Assembly: GCF_009914755.1 (NCBI RefSeq)
Contig: NC_060947.1
Source of the DNA: the human T2T-CHM13v2.0 reference genome, Homo sapiens
DNA: 64,000 nucleotides
Strand: one strand, 5' to 3'
Shown in pieces: positions 46,338 to 63,476 of this stretch. Under the pieces are notes generated by a model. It saw nothing but the letters and a program-made list of their open reading frames with translations. It did not search any database and was not told the origin of the DNA. Each line of letters starts with the position of its first letter. Within the stretch, counting starts at the first letter, position 1. The position numbers and the translations under genes are program-made.

Positions 46338-46883
46338 CGAGCTCATCAATCACATGAAAAAATTATAAGGGTTAGATCACCAGTTATTGGGTTAAGTCCA
46401 GTATATTTCTATCCAATGGTAAACAAAATGATAAAAGTTAATTGACAATTCTCGATACCACTCAGTCTCTCCTGCAGCCATCAGCTCTCTGGTAGGTAAA
46501 TTATGCATCTGAAGACTTTAAGGCAGATTACCCCAGGGTTTGCTCTCAGGCTCAGATCTTCAGAGAAAATAAGGAACTACTATACCCACCCACATTTTCA
46601 GAGAAACAGAAATTAGGAAGGATCTTGGAGAATGGAAGGGAGAGATGAATTGGGTAAATCCATTGAGGTGAAGTACACCCAAGGGACAAACCAAATCGAA
46701 GTGAGACAAGAAGGCAGGATGCCCAACAGTCATCAACTCCAGTGATTAAGAACTTGGTTAAGATGTATTAATACATTATTACCATATATTTAAGTAAACA
46801 TTATACATACAGTGCACCAACTCTATGTACTGCTATCCGTGTCTATGTCAGTATTTCTCACTGAGAAATATATGGAGGGACCT

Positions 46884-47164
46884 CTTTTTTTTTTTTTTTT
46901 TTTCCTGAGACGGAGTCTTGCTCTGTTGCCCAGACTTACTGCAACCTCCACCTGCCAGGTTCAAGCGACTCTCCTGTCTCAGCCTCCAAAGTAGCTGGGA
47001 CTACAGGTGTGCACCACCACGCCCAGCTAATTTTTGTATTTTTAGTAGAGATGGTGTTACACCATATTGGCCAGGCTGGTCTTGAACTCCTGACCTCAGG
47101 TGATCTGCCTGCCTCGGCCTCCCAAAGTGCTGGGATTACAGGCATAAGCCACCGTGCCTGGCCT
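46884..47164 (-). mobile_element. AluS with a small internal deletion
   Basis: TSD GGGACCTCTTTTT on both sides. Confidence 0.92.
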
Positions 47165-47791
47165 GGGACCTCTTTTTTTTTAAAAAAAATTCTCTCACAC
47201 CCAAACATTTCTGTAAATTCTTTTTATAATATTTCTTAAATGTAAACAAACATTAAATTCTACATGTTCATAAAGCTCTTGTACAAATGTAACACCAAAG
47301 CAAATTTACAAATTGTGCACAAACTTTTTTACAAAGTCAGTGTAATGTGGTATATATGATGAAACAAAACTGCCCTAGAAACGTGAACATACTACTGACT
47401 GGCAAGCATATGCTCTTGGCCTTCGGCTTGTAAGTATGTCTTGGGGTTGACTCCACTTTCCCATCACTTTATTCTCTTCAGACTACTGCAACCCTTCATT
47501 TGTTTAGGAAGATGCCAAGTATGAGGTGCACCTCATTTGTCTTCTCACAGGATCATGACAATTAAAGTAGTATTATCTTATGCTAATTCATTGTGAAAAT
47601 AAACTCAAATACATGTCCTAATCATGTGGCAGCAGTTAGTTATCATGTGGTCATACAGATACTTCAGAATATGCTTAAACACAAAAGTAAAACACATACT
47701 TGTAGAAACCTCACAGACTCTCTCATTAGACTCCGCTTTAAAAAAACACCCACCTCTTATAGTATGTGTAAAAGGTATATATATTTAAATT

Positions 47792-48105
47792 AGACCACCA
47801 GGCACAGTAGCTCCACCTGTAATCCCAGCACTTTAGGAGACTGAGTTGGGTCAATCACTTGAGGTCAGGAGTTCGAAACCAGCCTGGCAAACATGGCAAA
47901 ACCCGTCTCTACTAAAAATACAAAAAATAGCCAGGTGTCGTGGCACATGCCTGTAATCCCAGCTACTCAGGAGGCTGAGGCAGGAGAATAGCTTGAACCC
48001 GGGAGGTGGGGGTTGCAGTTAGCCAAGATCGCCCCAATACACTCTAGCCTGAGCGACAGAGCAAGACTCTGTCTCAAAAAAATATAAAATAAAATAAAAT
48101 AAAAT
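47792..48105 (+). mobile_element. AluS
   Basis: Full Alu with (AAAAT)n tail. Confidence 0.9.
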
Positions 48106-49429
48106 AGACTATTTCGTTAGCTTCTTATTAACAGTTCCTGGTGCTATTACCTGAGTGCCTGCATTATCATGCAGCACTTGACTCTTGTTTCATTTGGATA
48201 ATCAAGTCTCTTGTTTTTGGGGACTAAGCCATGGCCCATTCAGCCTCACTGGCCTCAGACCCCTGGGGATTGGTGCATTAGGGACCATAGAACAAACCAT
48301 CATCAGCCTCACTTCCACAAGTTTTAAATTGGTCAGCCTCATTAGATATTAATGAATGATTCATTTTGAAAGCCACATACACAATGCAACACACCTTCTT
48401 GCAATCTCAATGAAAGAAAGCCGGCATGCTCAACAGTCAAACAACCAAGTAACTGAAGCAAGATAATGTATACATTTTAAAGGCACGTTGGAGAAGCTGT
48501 TTTCACTATAAGTTGCATTGGTAGGGCAAGGCACAGAGTTTAATACTGAATGGGGCTTGTTTTAGTGACAACCCCCCACTTCTCCTGCCCTCTTTCTCTT
48601 CTTCCTCCTGCCTTCTTTCATTTTTCCCCTCCTTTCCGCCTATTTAAGTTCTATGCTTTCCTGAAGGATCAATGTAGTTTCTTCATAAATATAGTTAATG
48701 CAAAGAATTGCTTTTATTGAAGAATTATGCTCTTATATGAAAATGTGCTTCCTTTTATAAAATAATATTAGGTAGTTTTAAAAATTGTCTTCTTTGGGCA
48801 AAGTAAGAAATTAGTAATCTTGGGGTTTCCTCTATTTTTTTTTAATCTTACGCATCCAAGAACAGGAATCACTTGCCCAGAATATAGAGAAGAGAGATGA
48901 GATAAACAGCAAAGTACACTATATAACACCTAACAAGTTGATTCAAGTTGAACAAGTTAAGCTCCATAATATATTTTCTACGGGAGGGAGGGGGCAAATT
49001 AGCAGGTGTGCCTTAGTCTCCTTTGGGAGTCAGGGAAGGCTTCACTGAGGAGATAACGTTTGAGCTGGAGTTTGAAGGATTAGCAGGGGAGAAATGGCAG
49101 GGCATTCCAAGCAGGGTGCCTATGAGCAAAAGGCGCAAAGCACAAAAGAGTACGACGTGTCCAGCAGCTCTGAGTAGGCGAGTGGCTGCAGCGTAGGGTT
49201 CTTGGAGTTAGGTGATCAAGGGTGAGGAAGGGACTATTTTCCCTGCTTGGACGATTTCTCCTACACCTCATTGCACGGTGCTGGGCACACACTGCAGGAG
49301 CTCAATAAATACTTGTTGAATTGGGACAGAATGAAAGAGTGCGCTGGGAACCAGGGCATCTGGATGTTTTCTCACGCACCCGCAGTGTGACCTTGGCCAA
49401 GTCCCTTTTCTGGGACTGCGGTTCCTGCT

Positions 49430-50400
<971 letters not shown>

Positions 50401-52764
50401 GGCTATAGCGACTCCTCCCTTCCCTACCTTCTCCCTCCCTTGCTTCCCTTCCCTCCCCCCATCTGTACCCTACGAATCCCAAACCCCCACCCTTGATTTT
50501 TAGATACGCCCCTGTTTGCATCCATCTGCAAAAGTTTAACCCCTTCCATTTCCGGTACGCTGTAGAGGAATTTGGATGGCTCAAGATCAATCCATAGATC
50601 TTTTGAAAAGTGGCGTTGAAAGGTGGAACATTTAAAGCTAGAAGCTTCATTTTCCCTATTTTTAATCTGTCTCACAGTCCTGTTCCCCCCGCCGCCACCA
50701 CCCCTACCCCATTTTTTTTTTTAGTTGAGCGCTAGGAAACTAGTCGATTCTCTCTTTTTTTCCTCCTCCTTTATTAACTGTTTGCCTTAGCGCTTTAGGC
50801 TCTGCCAAAATTGGTAAGCTTAAATCTGGAGGATTCCTTCATATGACATATCCCTTGGTTTCCTTCCCCTTTGAAGAGACAGAGTAAGGCTTAGGATGGA
50901 CTGACTTACACAAATTTATTCAGAGGGTGTATCTCCTCCTAACTGATTTCAGTAGAAGGTAGTGTTCTGGAGACTTCTCTCATGCAAGCATTTACGTGTT
51001 AGATCAAATCTTGGGGGGTGGGTTGAAGACGTTCTAGATACAGCCTCAAGTTTTAACATAGGTGGATATTTGAGATACATATACAAAGGGCTGGGGGGGT
51101 GTGTGGTTAAGGCTCTAGGAGAGGGGTTCAGCTATGGAAAATACTGGAGATAAATTAAGAAATCTAGTTCTGACTTCTGATCCAAGTTTATGATGTGAGT
51201 TTGATCAAATTCTTCCATATTTTAATGTCTTTAGCATATTTCTCCCCTCCCTTCCCTTAAATCAGTCTGTAGATTGAATGAGCTTCTACCAGATACAAGG
51301 AATGTGTAAAAGATGTTTCTTACATAAATGAAAGTTATAGTCTATGGAAACAAGGTGTTATAGTTAAATAATCAGAATATCAGTATAACACATCTCAAAA
51401 GGAAGTGGCAGTAAATTTATTATGACTACTCTAAATCGTCATTGCAAAAAATGAAGAAACAGGCCCAGAAAGAAAAGATTGAGTTCAAGGTCATAAAACC
51501 TAGTCAAGCAAATCCAAGACTATTCCTTTGAAGCCAATGATTAAACTTGGAGCAGAACTAATTGATCCAGTGTTACAAATAGAACTTATGGTTTCCTAGA
51601 CCAACTCACAGAAGCCTATTTAACCCCTGATGTCACTGTAATGTGAATGTAACATATTCATGAAATCAAGTGTGCTTAGGGTTATTTATGTTGAAAAATA
51701 ATGTAAAAGAATACCTTTGTACATATTTGGCATTTAAGTTTTGCAGCCTTGGAGCAAGTCACATACCCAGGAAAGTTAAATAATTTCAGAATGATCCTGC
51801 TGTGATGATGAGGGCAAGGGAGTGAGGGCAGAGGCTGTGGGTAAGTACTGCCAAAACTGGGTAGAGGTGATGGGGAGTGAAGTTATGAGAATAATATGTT
51901 TCTTACAACTTGTTCTGTTCCTTCCTCCTCCCCGTTTTTTCCTGTGTTTTCTTTCCCTTAAAGACTGTGGTGAGGTCAGGACTGTTTTTCAATGGGGCAG
52001 TGAGGAGGGGAGAAGGAGGTTCTTTGCAAGCCCCAGTTTTTCCAAGTCAAGCATTTTTCCTAGTTACTGCTTGCTTTTTTTTTTTTTTTTTTAACTTCCC
52101 TCTCCTACCCTACTTTTCGCAAGGCTTGGCATGGTGGCAGGGGTTCTAATGCTCTGTATCCTTTTCAGCAGAGAGTAGGGGAAGCAAAATTAGCGATATT
52201 CACAGCACATGATGTTTCTGTCCTAGGCTACCTTGCCTTTTAAATGTATTATCCTTCTGCAATGTTCTGCTTTCTTACCCCTCCTCAAGATGGTGCTTGA
52301 GAGGACCATAGGCTTCCAGCCATTTCTTTTCAGGGAGAAGCACACAGCTAAATCATATATCGGGCAAAGTTTAGGGAGTTCTTTTATTTTGGAGTTGTAT
52401 GTGTCACTTTTTTCCTTCACATCACATCATTTGTCAATTCAGGCAACAACCCAAAAATCAGATTTCAAATAGTTGAGTGCTGAAATTCTGCCTTGGGTTT
52501 AGTGATTGTAAAACAAATTTTCATTGGAAGTAGGAAGCTTGTTAATTGGTAGATATTTGACTTAACCTTAATTTTGCTTCCTTCTTGGTACCTGATAAGA
52601 AAAATGTGGAGATTTTAAAAATAATGCACTTGATAAGGACCTTATGATTATGACAATTTTGTGCCTACTCATTTACTGGATTCTGGGCTATATTTGCAAT
52701 TTTCATTAACAAAGACAGTCACAGCACTAACAGTCCCTGAGGTTGAATGGTTGCAATATTCAGA

Positions 52765-53207
<443 letters not shown>

Positions 53208-55314
53208 TAGAATAAATTTCAATAAGCCAAAAAAGTGAATGAATTTTTTAAAAATGTGAAATGTCAGTGTGGAACATATGTAGTGTTTAAGACATTTTCT
53301 TTGGTTTTGGGGGCAGTGATTTTCTGATGTAAATGGAGGTTTTCTCTTAGCACTTCCAAACTATTGCATAAATCTTTTACTCAGTTATGTGATTTTAGAG
53401 CTCCGTTTTCAATCACCATTAACCAGAAAAACCTAAAGACTATTGTGTGCCTTTGGTAACACCCATAGTTTTCCTATCTAGATACAGAATTAGAGGTGCA
53501 GAAGAGCTGTGGGTTGCAGGTGGGAGAACCATGTTGGAGGAATTTGGTTTGGGGACTTGCTGAGACAAGTTGAAAATGGGGGGTTAGGATTTGGAGAAAT
53601 ATCCAAGCTAGAAATACAGATTTGGGAGTAATCAGTAGAAGTCCGTGACGTGATAGAAGTGGAACTACAGGTTACAAAGGTTGAGAGAGTGGAAGGTTTT
53701 CAATAAATTTAGCAGGGAAAGAAAGGAGAAGGGGAGATGTTGTGAGAATTTGAAAGGGAAATAAAGGTTTCTTTTTTTCTTTTTTTAACTTCATTTAGTT
53801 TTTCTTTTCCAAGAATAGAGATGTTAGCTCCTTAGAAGCAGGCCACAGGAAAGGGAGAAATTGAAAATATAAAAGAAGGTGGGATGAGAGATAGACATGA
53901 TGAACTCAGAAGTCCAAATGGGATCATTAGCCTTAGAAATGACATAGAGTGTTTTTTACTTCCAAGGCAATAAAGAGGGCAGGAAAGATGGGTAATGAAC
54001 CCAACACAATTGGGGTAGCTAGGAGGAAAGTAGGGAACTTAAGTGGGTAGAAGAAGGGGTTGTATATTCTCTAACTTGGAACCTTGGTGGCCTGTTGGAC
54101 TCCAGAATAGCAGCAGAAGTCAGGTTGGCTATATGGGGATTCTGGCAGAGAGTCAGTGGTGAATACAAGTACTGATGGGGCACTGTACCCTAAGAATGAA
54201 TATATAGCATAGACTTCAAATGACCTTCATCAGCTTGGCAGAACTTCATTCAACAGTGCTCATTGGCTGGATTCTTATCTTCAGAAGTGGCAGTCAGGTC
54301 CACCTGAGAGAAAAGGGGGTGCAGAGGAATGTGTACATGGTACACATGCTTTTCTTAATTTTAACGTTTAAATGGCTGTTTACCAAAATACCATTGAAAG
54401 TCCTTAGTCTGTATATTCTTGCTGAAACACCTTGCAGAGAAATGTTCTTGGCTTTATTTTTTTTTTTAATTAAAATTTGGGCAGCAAGCCTAGTTATTGA
54501 GTTAAACACCGTGTTTCACTGGAATTCTTTTCAACGTCTTTCAAGATTTTGGAGAAAGTCTCTTTTGAGAGTAATATTATGGTGATAGCTAGAGTCGAAG
54601 TGTTAGGTAACTTTCTCTTAGTGGAATATAATGTAAGGGCTTGTAAATTTAAATAGTTTAGTGCTGAGCACACAATGGACATTCATTACAAGTTTGAAAC
54701 TGACAGAACAGTCTGAAAGAATCACACTTAAATTTTTATTTAAAAACTTATTATAGAAAACTGAGGGCATATAAAAAACTATAGACCACTCATGATCCTT
54801 TTCCCCAAAGGTAACAACTATCAACATTTTGATGTTTCTTTTAATGTGTCTATGTACAGATATAATTTTTAAACATCAGGATCAGTTTGTGACCTGCATA
54901 TTTGCTCCTATATTGTTGGGTGTTTTCCTTTTGAATAATCTGAAAATATGATTTTTAGTGATTATAAAAATACCATTCAGATATATCATTTAATCCTCAT
55001 ATTTTAGGGGCATTTATTTTCCCTTTTGGACTATTACAAATAGTATTGTTTGGACATATTTGTACACACATCTTTTTTCCAAATTTCTGTTTGGGGAAGG
55101 GAACACAATCCTAGAAGGGGAATTACTGATTCCAAATGAATGAACCTTTTTAAACGTCTAGATGTACATAGTACTGCCAAATTGCTTTTAAGAAAGATTA
55201 TGTCAACTTAGACTGTCACTGGCAATGGATGAAAGTACTTCCTACTTTGTTTTTATCTATATTGCCTTAAAATTATGATTTTAAAAATTTGCAAATTAGA
55301 AGATATAAAAATTT

Positions 55315-55626
55315 TGCCAGGTGCATTGGTTCACACCTGTAATCCCAGCGCTTTGGAAGACCAAGGTGGGAGGATTGCTTGAGCCCAGGCATTTGAAACC
55401 AGCCCGGACAACGTGATGAAACCCTTTCTCTACCAAAAAAAAAAAAAAAAAAGAAATGTGAAAATTAGCCAGGCGTGGTGGTATGTGCCTGTAGTCCCAG
55501 CTGCTGGGAAGGCTGAGGTGAGAGGATGAATCAAGCCCAGGAGGTCAAGCCTGCAGTGAGCCATGGTCGCACCACTGCACTCCAGCCTTGGTTGACAGAG
55601 CAAGACCCTGACTCAAAAAAAAAAAA
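55315..55626 (+). mobile_element. AluJ
   Basis: TSD GAAGATATAAAAA on both sides. Confidence 0.92.
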
Positions 55627-56169
55627 GGAAGATATAAAAAATGTTACAATCTTTACTAGTAAAAAATACTGTTATTCTATTTTATGAATGATTTGTTCAA
55701 TTATGAGCCCGGTTTACTTGCTGCTGATAATTAAAAACAAAAGACAAAGACTTCTAAGAACATTCAGAACCTTGTGATGATTACAAATCTGAGAAACACA
55801 TTGACTTTGCCCAAAGGTAAGAGCACAAAATGAAGCAAATTCCTGACTCCTTTGGCAGTGATCTAATGGTTAGATTACTAAATATGGCATCTTTTTTTTT
55901 TTTTTAAGGAATGTCACTATTACTCATGGAGAGAAACACATTTCTACAGAATTTTTACAAACTAAAAAGAAATTCTAATTAAAAACAATTATCTAACAGT
56001 TTTTCCTAGCACCGAACATAGTACTTGGTACATAGAAGATACTGACTAAATGTTTGTTGAATGAGTGAATGAATAAAGGGAAAAAAATCACATGTAATTT
56101 GAAGACACAAGAGAAAAATAGTTTGCTCAGGACATAATGTAGATAAGGCTTACTGTGTCCAGAATGTAT

Positions 56170-56390
56170 TTTTGTTTTGTTTTGAGATAAGGCCTTGCTG
56201 TGTTGCTCAGATTAGAGTACAGTGGCAGGATCAGCTTGCTATAACCACAGACTCCTGGGCTCCAGGGATCCTCCTGCTTCAGCCTCCCGAGAGTAGCTGG
56301 GAATACAGACATGCACCACCTTGCTCAGCACATTTTTTAACTTTTTGTAGAGATACTGTCTTGCTTTGTTACCCAGACTGGTCTCAAACC
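56170..56390 (-). mobile_element. Partial AluJ
   Basis: Diverged right arm plus part of the left arm. Confidence 0.75.
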
Positions 56391-56999
56391 AGGGTATGAT
56401 TCCTCTTCATAACTTTTATTGCAAGACCTGGGATAATTTGGTTAATTAAAAATTTTTCTAAAATGAGGATACTGTTCACCTAGCGAGCATGTGATGAAAG
56501 TAATATTACAAGATATTCTAGGATTCTTAGATGAATTTTATTTTTTTTACTATCTATAAAAATTTATTGACATCTACTTTCTATTTACTGAATTATAATA
56601 GTGTGTGTGTGTTTCAGTGTTTTAAAATGGTCTACCTTCAAAAGAAAAGGTACCATAAAGTTTTTCAGGTTGTCCAAATTTTGTATGTAAATCAAGAACT
56701 TCTAAAAGATTAGCCATACAAAATGGAGGAAGTTAAAAAAAATGAAGTGCGTAATTTAAGAAACAGTAGATTTAATGAAGGATGAGACACGACCTAATAA
56801 TAGGTAAATAACAGACTTTTCATAAGGAAGTCATTACTTCAGGAGCTTGTTAGTACTGGAAATACTAAATAATTATCTTAAGGATTAATTCTCTATGCTA
56901 CTGGCAAAGCAATGAAGATTATCTTATTAATAGTATAAAACTAGTGGAAATTTACAAAGGAAAACAGATTGATAGATTTCAAGACCAAAAAAAGATCCA

Positions 57000-58110
57000 A
57001 CCAAAAAACCCTGCAATAAATACTGTAGACAAAATGTTAATATCCTTAATACATAAAGAACTCTTACAAAATTAGTAATGAAAATATTAGCACATAGGAA
57101 AACACCATAGCGAAATAGCTAATGAATATTTAAAAATTTGATCTTGCTGGTAATTAAATAAATAAAACTTGATATAAAAATGTTTCTGTGCTGGTGCAGT
57201 GGCTCATGCCTGTAATTCCAGTGGTTTGGGAGGCTGGGGCGGACAGATGGCTTGAGCTCAGGAGTTTGAGACGAGCCTGGGCAACATGGCAAAACCCCAT
57301 CTCTACAAAAAATACAATAATTAAGTGGGCATGTTGCACCTGTGGTCCCAGCTACTTGGGAGGCTGACATGGGAGAATCGCTCGAGCCTGGGAGTTGGAG
57401 GCTGACATGGGAGAATCGCTTGAGCCTGGGAGTTTGAGGCTGCAGTGAGCTGTGTTTGTGCCACTGTACTCCAGCCTCAATGAGAGAAGTGAGTCCCTGT
57501 CTCAAAAAAGCAAGAAGTTTCTGTCCTATAAGATAGGTAAAAAAATTTTTAGCAATTTTAGTGCTGTTAAGATTGTGATGAAATGAGCACTTTTATATAC
57601 TGCCCTGGGGAGTATAAATTGATGCTGCCTTTCAGAAAGGTGTTGACTAAATTGATCCTTAGAAATGTTCATATTCTTTGACTCAGTACTTACCTTTCAA
57701 GCAACTGTATCCTGAGATAATATATTTTGATAAATAATTATAAACAAGGCTCATCTCAGTATTATTTCTAATATTAAAAAATTAGAAACAGCTTATGTAT
57801 CATTGGGGAATAAAGTTAAATAAATTATGATACATTTAGCCAATGGAATATTATATAGGCATTAAAATGTTTTCAAGTAATATACTTAGGAAAATGTTTA
57901 GCATATTAATGTTAAGTGAAAAAAGCAATATACTAAAATATATATACACAGAATGGTTGCTGATTCTGTAAAAAATATGTATGCACATAAAAATAAACTA
58001 CCAAAATATTATAGATTAGTTATTGCTGGATAATGGAATTATTGATCATTTTATTATTCATTCCTTTCTTTCCAACATCTTTGCAATGAGCCTGTACAGC
58101 ATTAATATGA
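57000..58110 (+). mobile_element. Old L1ME-type fragment interrupted by AluJ
   Basis: TTAATATCCTTAATACATAAAGAACTCTTACAAA, AATGGAATATTATATAGGCATTAAAA. Confidence 0.7.
57190..57510 (+). mobile_element. AluJ with an internal 38-bp tandem duplication
   Basis: GGAGGCTGACATGGGAGAATCGCT(C/T)GAGCCTGGGAGTT at 57359 and 57397. Confidence 0.92.
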
Positions 58111-58815
58111 AAAAGTTACTTAAATATAACAAATACTTCTTGAACATCTACCTGTGTAGATGCTTGTTAGTGCTTTTCTCTGCCCTGCAATGGCCCCACT
58201 CTTCCTTTAACAATAATAATAGCTGTCATATATTGGGCACTTTTTATGTGTGCTACAAGTGCTGTGTATGCATTCTCATGTGATCATCACGATACCTCCA
58301 TTGGGACACAGACTTGGAGAGAGTGTTATTTGCTTAAAATCAATTAGCTAGGAAGTGACAGAGCAAGAATTTGAACTGTCTGATTCCAGAGCTTACTCAT
58401 AACCACTATGCTGTATGCTTTGTTTATGGATGAAGATTTTACTTTAGTCCTAATTTAAATACTACTTTCTTTTAAAATAGTGTACTACAAAAATTTTCAG
58501 ACAGCTACAAAGGTAGAGAGAAAAGTGTAATGGACCCCATGTTCCTGTCACCCAGCTTCAACATTTATTCATATACGGCATCATGCTTCATCTGTACCTC
58601 TATCCACTCCCCAACCCCTGCCTTATTTTGAGGCAAATCCTAGACATGTATCATTCATAAATATTTTAGTATATTTCCTTAAAAGGTAGGGGCTCTTTTA
58701 AAAATACAAAAAACCTCACATTCCTTATAAATGTTATAAATATGTCCTGTTAATTATATCTTAAAATTGTATGGATTCTGTAGTTCTCTTGATTTCTTTC
58801 GTGTTGTGTTTTTGA

Positions 58816-59079
<264 letters not shown>

Positions 59080-61334
59080 TAGAAGTATAAACTTTTCTTC
59101 TGATATTTTCATCTCTACTTCAAAGTAAATTTCTCTAATGTTTATCCAGTCCTGGAGATTCTCTGACATGTTTTAAGGTTAAGAATTGGATGGGATATCT
59201 TTATTTTTGCTAATGTACCTTTTTGATGCTATAGATATCCTTTTGTAGATTTTTATGTTATTTAATACTTGCGTAATATTACCATTATTATATATTATCG
59301 GTACCTTTCTGTGCATGAATCCAAGCAAAGTTACACTTCCTACCCTATAATAAATAGCTTTTGTGTCCTTATAGGACAAATATCAGTCACATTATGTACC
59401 TAATATCATAAACTGTTATTACCATAAATACATGATTTTTGGTTCTGTCATCAGAAATATATAATTTCTCATTTTGTATTCTGTTTGTATGTAGACATGT
59501 TTTTCGCCTGACACTTTTTTCTTGTGGCATATATACCATGTAAAATGGCTTTGTGGTAAATTGTTTGAAAATCCTGCCTTATAATAAGTGCAGTTTGTCA
59601 GAAAATTTAGATTGTGTTATTACAACATTCATATTCTGATTGTAAAAACAATAAAACATTTAAAGACGTTTTCCCTGCCTACAGCAAAGATTTTATTCGC
59701 TAGATAAACTCGAATGTCTGCTACATTTGAAAGCCATCTGAATACTTGAAGTTTTATTCCAAAAGAGGGATTGAATATTATAATTTCAAACAGCTTTCAA
59801 ATAATACAGAATGGCATCAAATTTAAAAAAGTCTCCAAGTCCCACTCTACTATGGTTACCACTGTTAGGAGCTTATGCAGATATAAGTATGTTTGCATAC
59901 TGTTAAAAACATATGGGATTATACTTCATCCACTGTTTGGCCCTATGCTTTTTTTCAGCTAACACATCTCATTCTTTTCCATAACTGGATCATAATTTAC
60001 TTAATCCATTTCCTAATTATGGCTATTTCGGTTGGTTTCAGTTTTTTGTTGTTATAAACAATGCTACACTGAAAAGATGAGATTTTTTTTTAAGAAAAAA
60101 AGTAATTCACAACCCTTCCATTTTTGTTTTTCATATTATTTGGATTAAAACATTTTTAAACTTTTTAAAAATTTGAGATGAAATTCACCATTTTCATCAT
60201 TTTGAAATGTATAATTCAGTAGTTATTAATATACTCACAGTTGTTCAGCCATCACCGCTAATTCCAGGGCATTTCTGTCAACCCCAAAAGAAATCCTATA
60301 CCCATTAGCACATAGTCCCAATTCTCCCCTCCCCCTTATCACCTGGCAGCTACTAATCTAATTTCTCTATGGATTTGCTTTTGTGGATATTTCATATCAA
60401 TGGATGAATATATGGCCTTTTGTGTCTGGCTTCTTTCACTTGGAATAATGTTTTCAAGGTTCATCCATGTTGTACCATATAACAGTACTTCATTCCTTTC
60501 TATGGCTAATATTCCATTGTGTAGATGTACAGTACCACATTTTGTTCATCCACTCATTACCTGATGAACTTTTGGGTTGTTTCTACTTTTTGGCTGTTAT
60601 AAATAATACTGCTGTGAACATTCAGGTTCAAGTTTCTATGTGGATTTATATTTTTAATTCTCTTGAATATACCCCAAAGAGTGGAATTGCTGGATCATAT
60701 GATCACTTGCTATTTAACTTTTTGAGGAACTGCCAACATGTTTTCCAGAGTGACTGCACCATTTTACTTTTCCACCAGCAGCGTATGAAAGTTCCCATTT
60801 CACCACATCCTTGTCCACACTTGGCGTTGTCTTTCTGTTTGTAGCCATCCTACTGGGTATAAATTGGTATTTCATTATGGTTTTGAGCATCTTTTCATGT
60901 GCTTATTGGCCATTTGTGTGTCCTCTTTGGGGAAATATCTATTCAGATACCTTGCTGCTTTTAAAATTGTGTTATTTTACTTTTTATGGTTGCGTTGTAA
61001 GAGTTCTTTCTATATTCTGGCTACTAGACCCTTATCAGATATATGATTTGCAAAAATGTTTTTATTCTGCAGGTTGTCTTTTTGCTTGTTAGCATTTGTT
61101 CACTTGATAGTGTCCTTTGACACCAAAGTTTTTAATTTTGATGAAGTCTAATTTATCTTTTTTTTGGCTGTACTTATGTTGTCATATTTTAAAAACCACT
61201 GTGTTATCCAAGATGAGGAAGATTTTCACCTGTTTCCTTCCCAGACTTTTAGAGTTTTAGTTCTTACATGTAGGTCTTTGACCATTTTGAGTTACTTTTT
61301 GTATATGATATGTAAGATAGGAGTCCAGATTCAT

Positions 61335-61641
61335 TCTTTCTTTTTTTTGTTTTTTTTTGTTTGTTTGTTTTTTTGAGACAGAGTCCCGCTCAGCTCAGTT
61401 GCCCAGGCTGGAGTGCAGTGACGCAATCTCAGCTCACTGCACCCTCTGCCTCCTGGGCTCATGCCATTCTCCTGCCTCAGCCTCCTGAGTAGCAGGGATT
61501 ACAGGCACCCACCACCAAACCCGGCTAATTTTTGTATTGTTAGTAGAGACGGGGTTTCACCATGTTGACCAGGCTGGTCTTGAACTCCTGACCTCAGGCG
61601 ATCTGCCTGCCTCGGCCTCCCAAAGTGCTAGGATTACAGGT
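61335..61641 (-). mobile_element. AluS
   Basis: Antisense Alu with T-tail. Confidence 0.9.
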
Positions 61642-61644
61642 GCA

Positions 61645-61775
61645 TTCTTTCCTTTTTTAAGAACAGAGTCTCACTATGTTGTCCATGCTGGTCTCGAATT
61701 TTTGGGCTCAAGCAATCCTCTCACCTCATCCTCCTGAGTATCTGGGACTACAGGCATGCACCACTGCACCTGGCT
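61645..61775 (-). mobile_element. Alu monomer (FLAM/FRAM-type)
   Basis: GGGCTCAAGCAATCCTCTCACCTCA...CAGGCATGCACCACTGCACCTGGC. Confidence 0.75.
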
Positions 61776-62053
61776 CGCAAATTTATTATTTTGCATGTAG
61801 GTATCCAGTTGTCCCAGCACCATTTGTTGAAAATATTATTCTTTCCTCATTGAATCATCTTGGCACCCTTTCGAAAATGAATTAATCATAGATGTGTGGG
61901 TTTATTTTTGGACTCTAAATTATATTCCATTGATGTATGTGTCTGTCCTTAACGCTAGTACCACACTGTTTTAGTTATTATAGCTTTTCAGTAAGTTTTG
62001 AAATTGAGATGTGTTAGTTCTCCCACTTTGCTGTTCATTATAGAGATTGTTTA

Positions 62054-62437
<384 letters not shown>

Positions 62438-63171
62438 TTAACAATATTAAATATTCCGATTCATTAATATGAGATGGAATATCTTATTTATTTAGGGCCT
62501 CTTTATTTCAATGATGTTTTGTAGTTTTCAATGTCTAAGTCTTACACTCTCTTGGTTGAATTTATTCCTAAATATTGTATTCTTTTTGGTGCTGTTATAA
62601 ATAGTATTGTTTTCTTAATTTTATTTTCAGATTGTTCATTGCTAGTGTATGTATAGAAATACAGTTGGTGTTAGTATATTGATTTTGTATCCTGCCAACT
62701 TTGCTAAAATCATGTTAGATTTAATAATTTTTTCCCATGTGTGGATTATTTATCGTTTTCTATATTTAAGATCATGTCATCTGTGACTAGAGATAGTTTT
62801 CCTTCTTTTTTCCTAATCTGGATGCCTTTTAATTCTTGCTTAATTGCCCTAGCTAGATCTCCTGTACAGTGTTGAATAGAAGTGGTGAAAGTGAGCATCC
62901 TTGTCTTTTTCCTAATCTTAGGGGAGAGGTTCAGTCTGCTTCTCGATGTGGTTTTTTAGTATTTTGTTAAGGAATTTTGCATCTATATTCATAAGGGATA
63001 TTGGTCTGCAGTTTTCGTTCTCAGTTGTGTCTTTGTCTAGCTTTGGTGTCCAGGTAATACTGGCCTCTCATAAGGAGGTAGGAAGTGTTTCCTCTTCTGG
63101 TTAAAATTTTTTAATAAGATTTTCTCATTTAAGATACAAACTTTTTCATGATATTGATAATGAATTTTTCC

Positions 63172-63476
63172 TTTTTTTTTTTTTTTTTTTGAGACAAGGC
63201 CTGGCTCTGTCACCCAGGCTGGAGTGCAGTGATGCAAAAATGGGTCACTGCAGAATTGACCTCCTGGGCTCAAGCAATCCTCTTGCCTCAGCCTCCTCAG
63301 TAGCTGGGACCACAGGTGGGCACCACAACAACCAGCTATTTTTTTTTAATTTTTTTGTAGAGACGGGGTCTCACTTTGCTGCCCAGGCTGGTCTTGAATT
63401 CCTGGGCTCAAGCGATCCTTCCACTTTGGCCTCCCAATGTGGTGGGAATACAGGCATGAGCCACTGTGCTCAGCCA
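63172..63476 (-). mobile_element. AluJ
   Basis: T-tail and CCTGGGCTCAAGCAATCCTC diagnostics. Confidence 0.9.
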
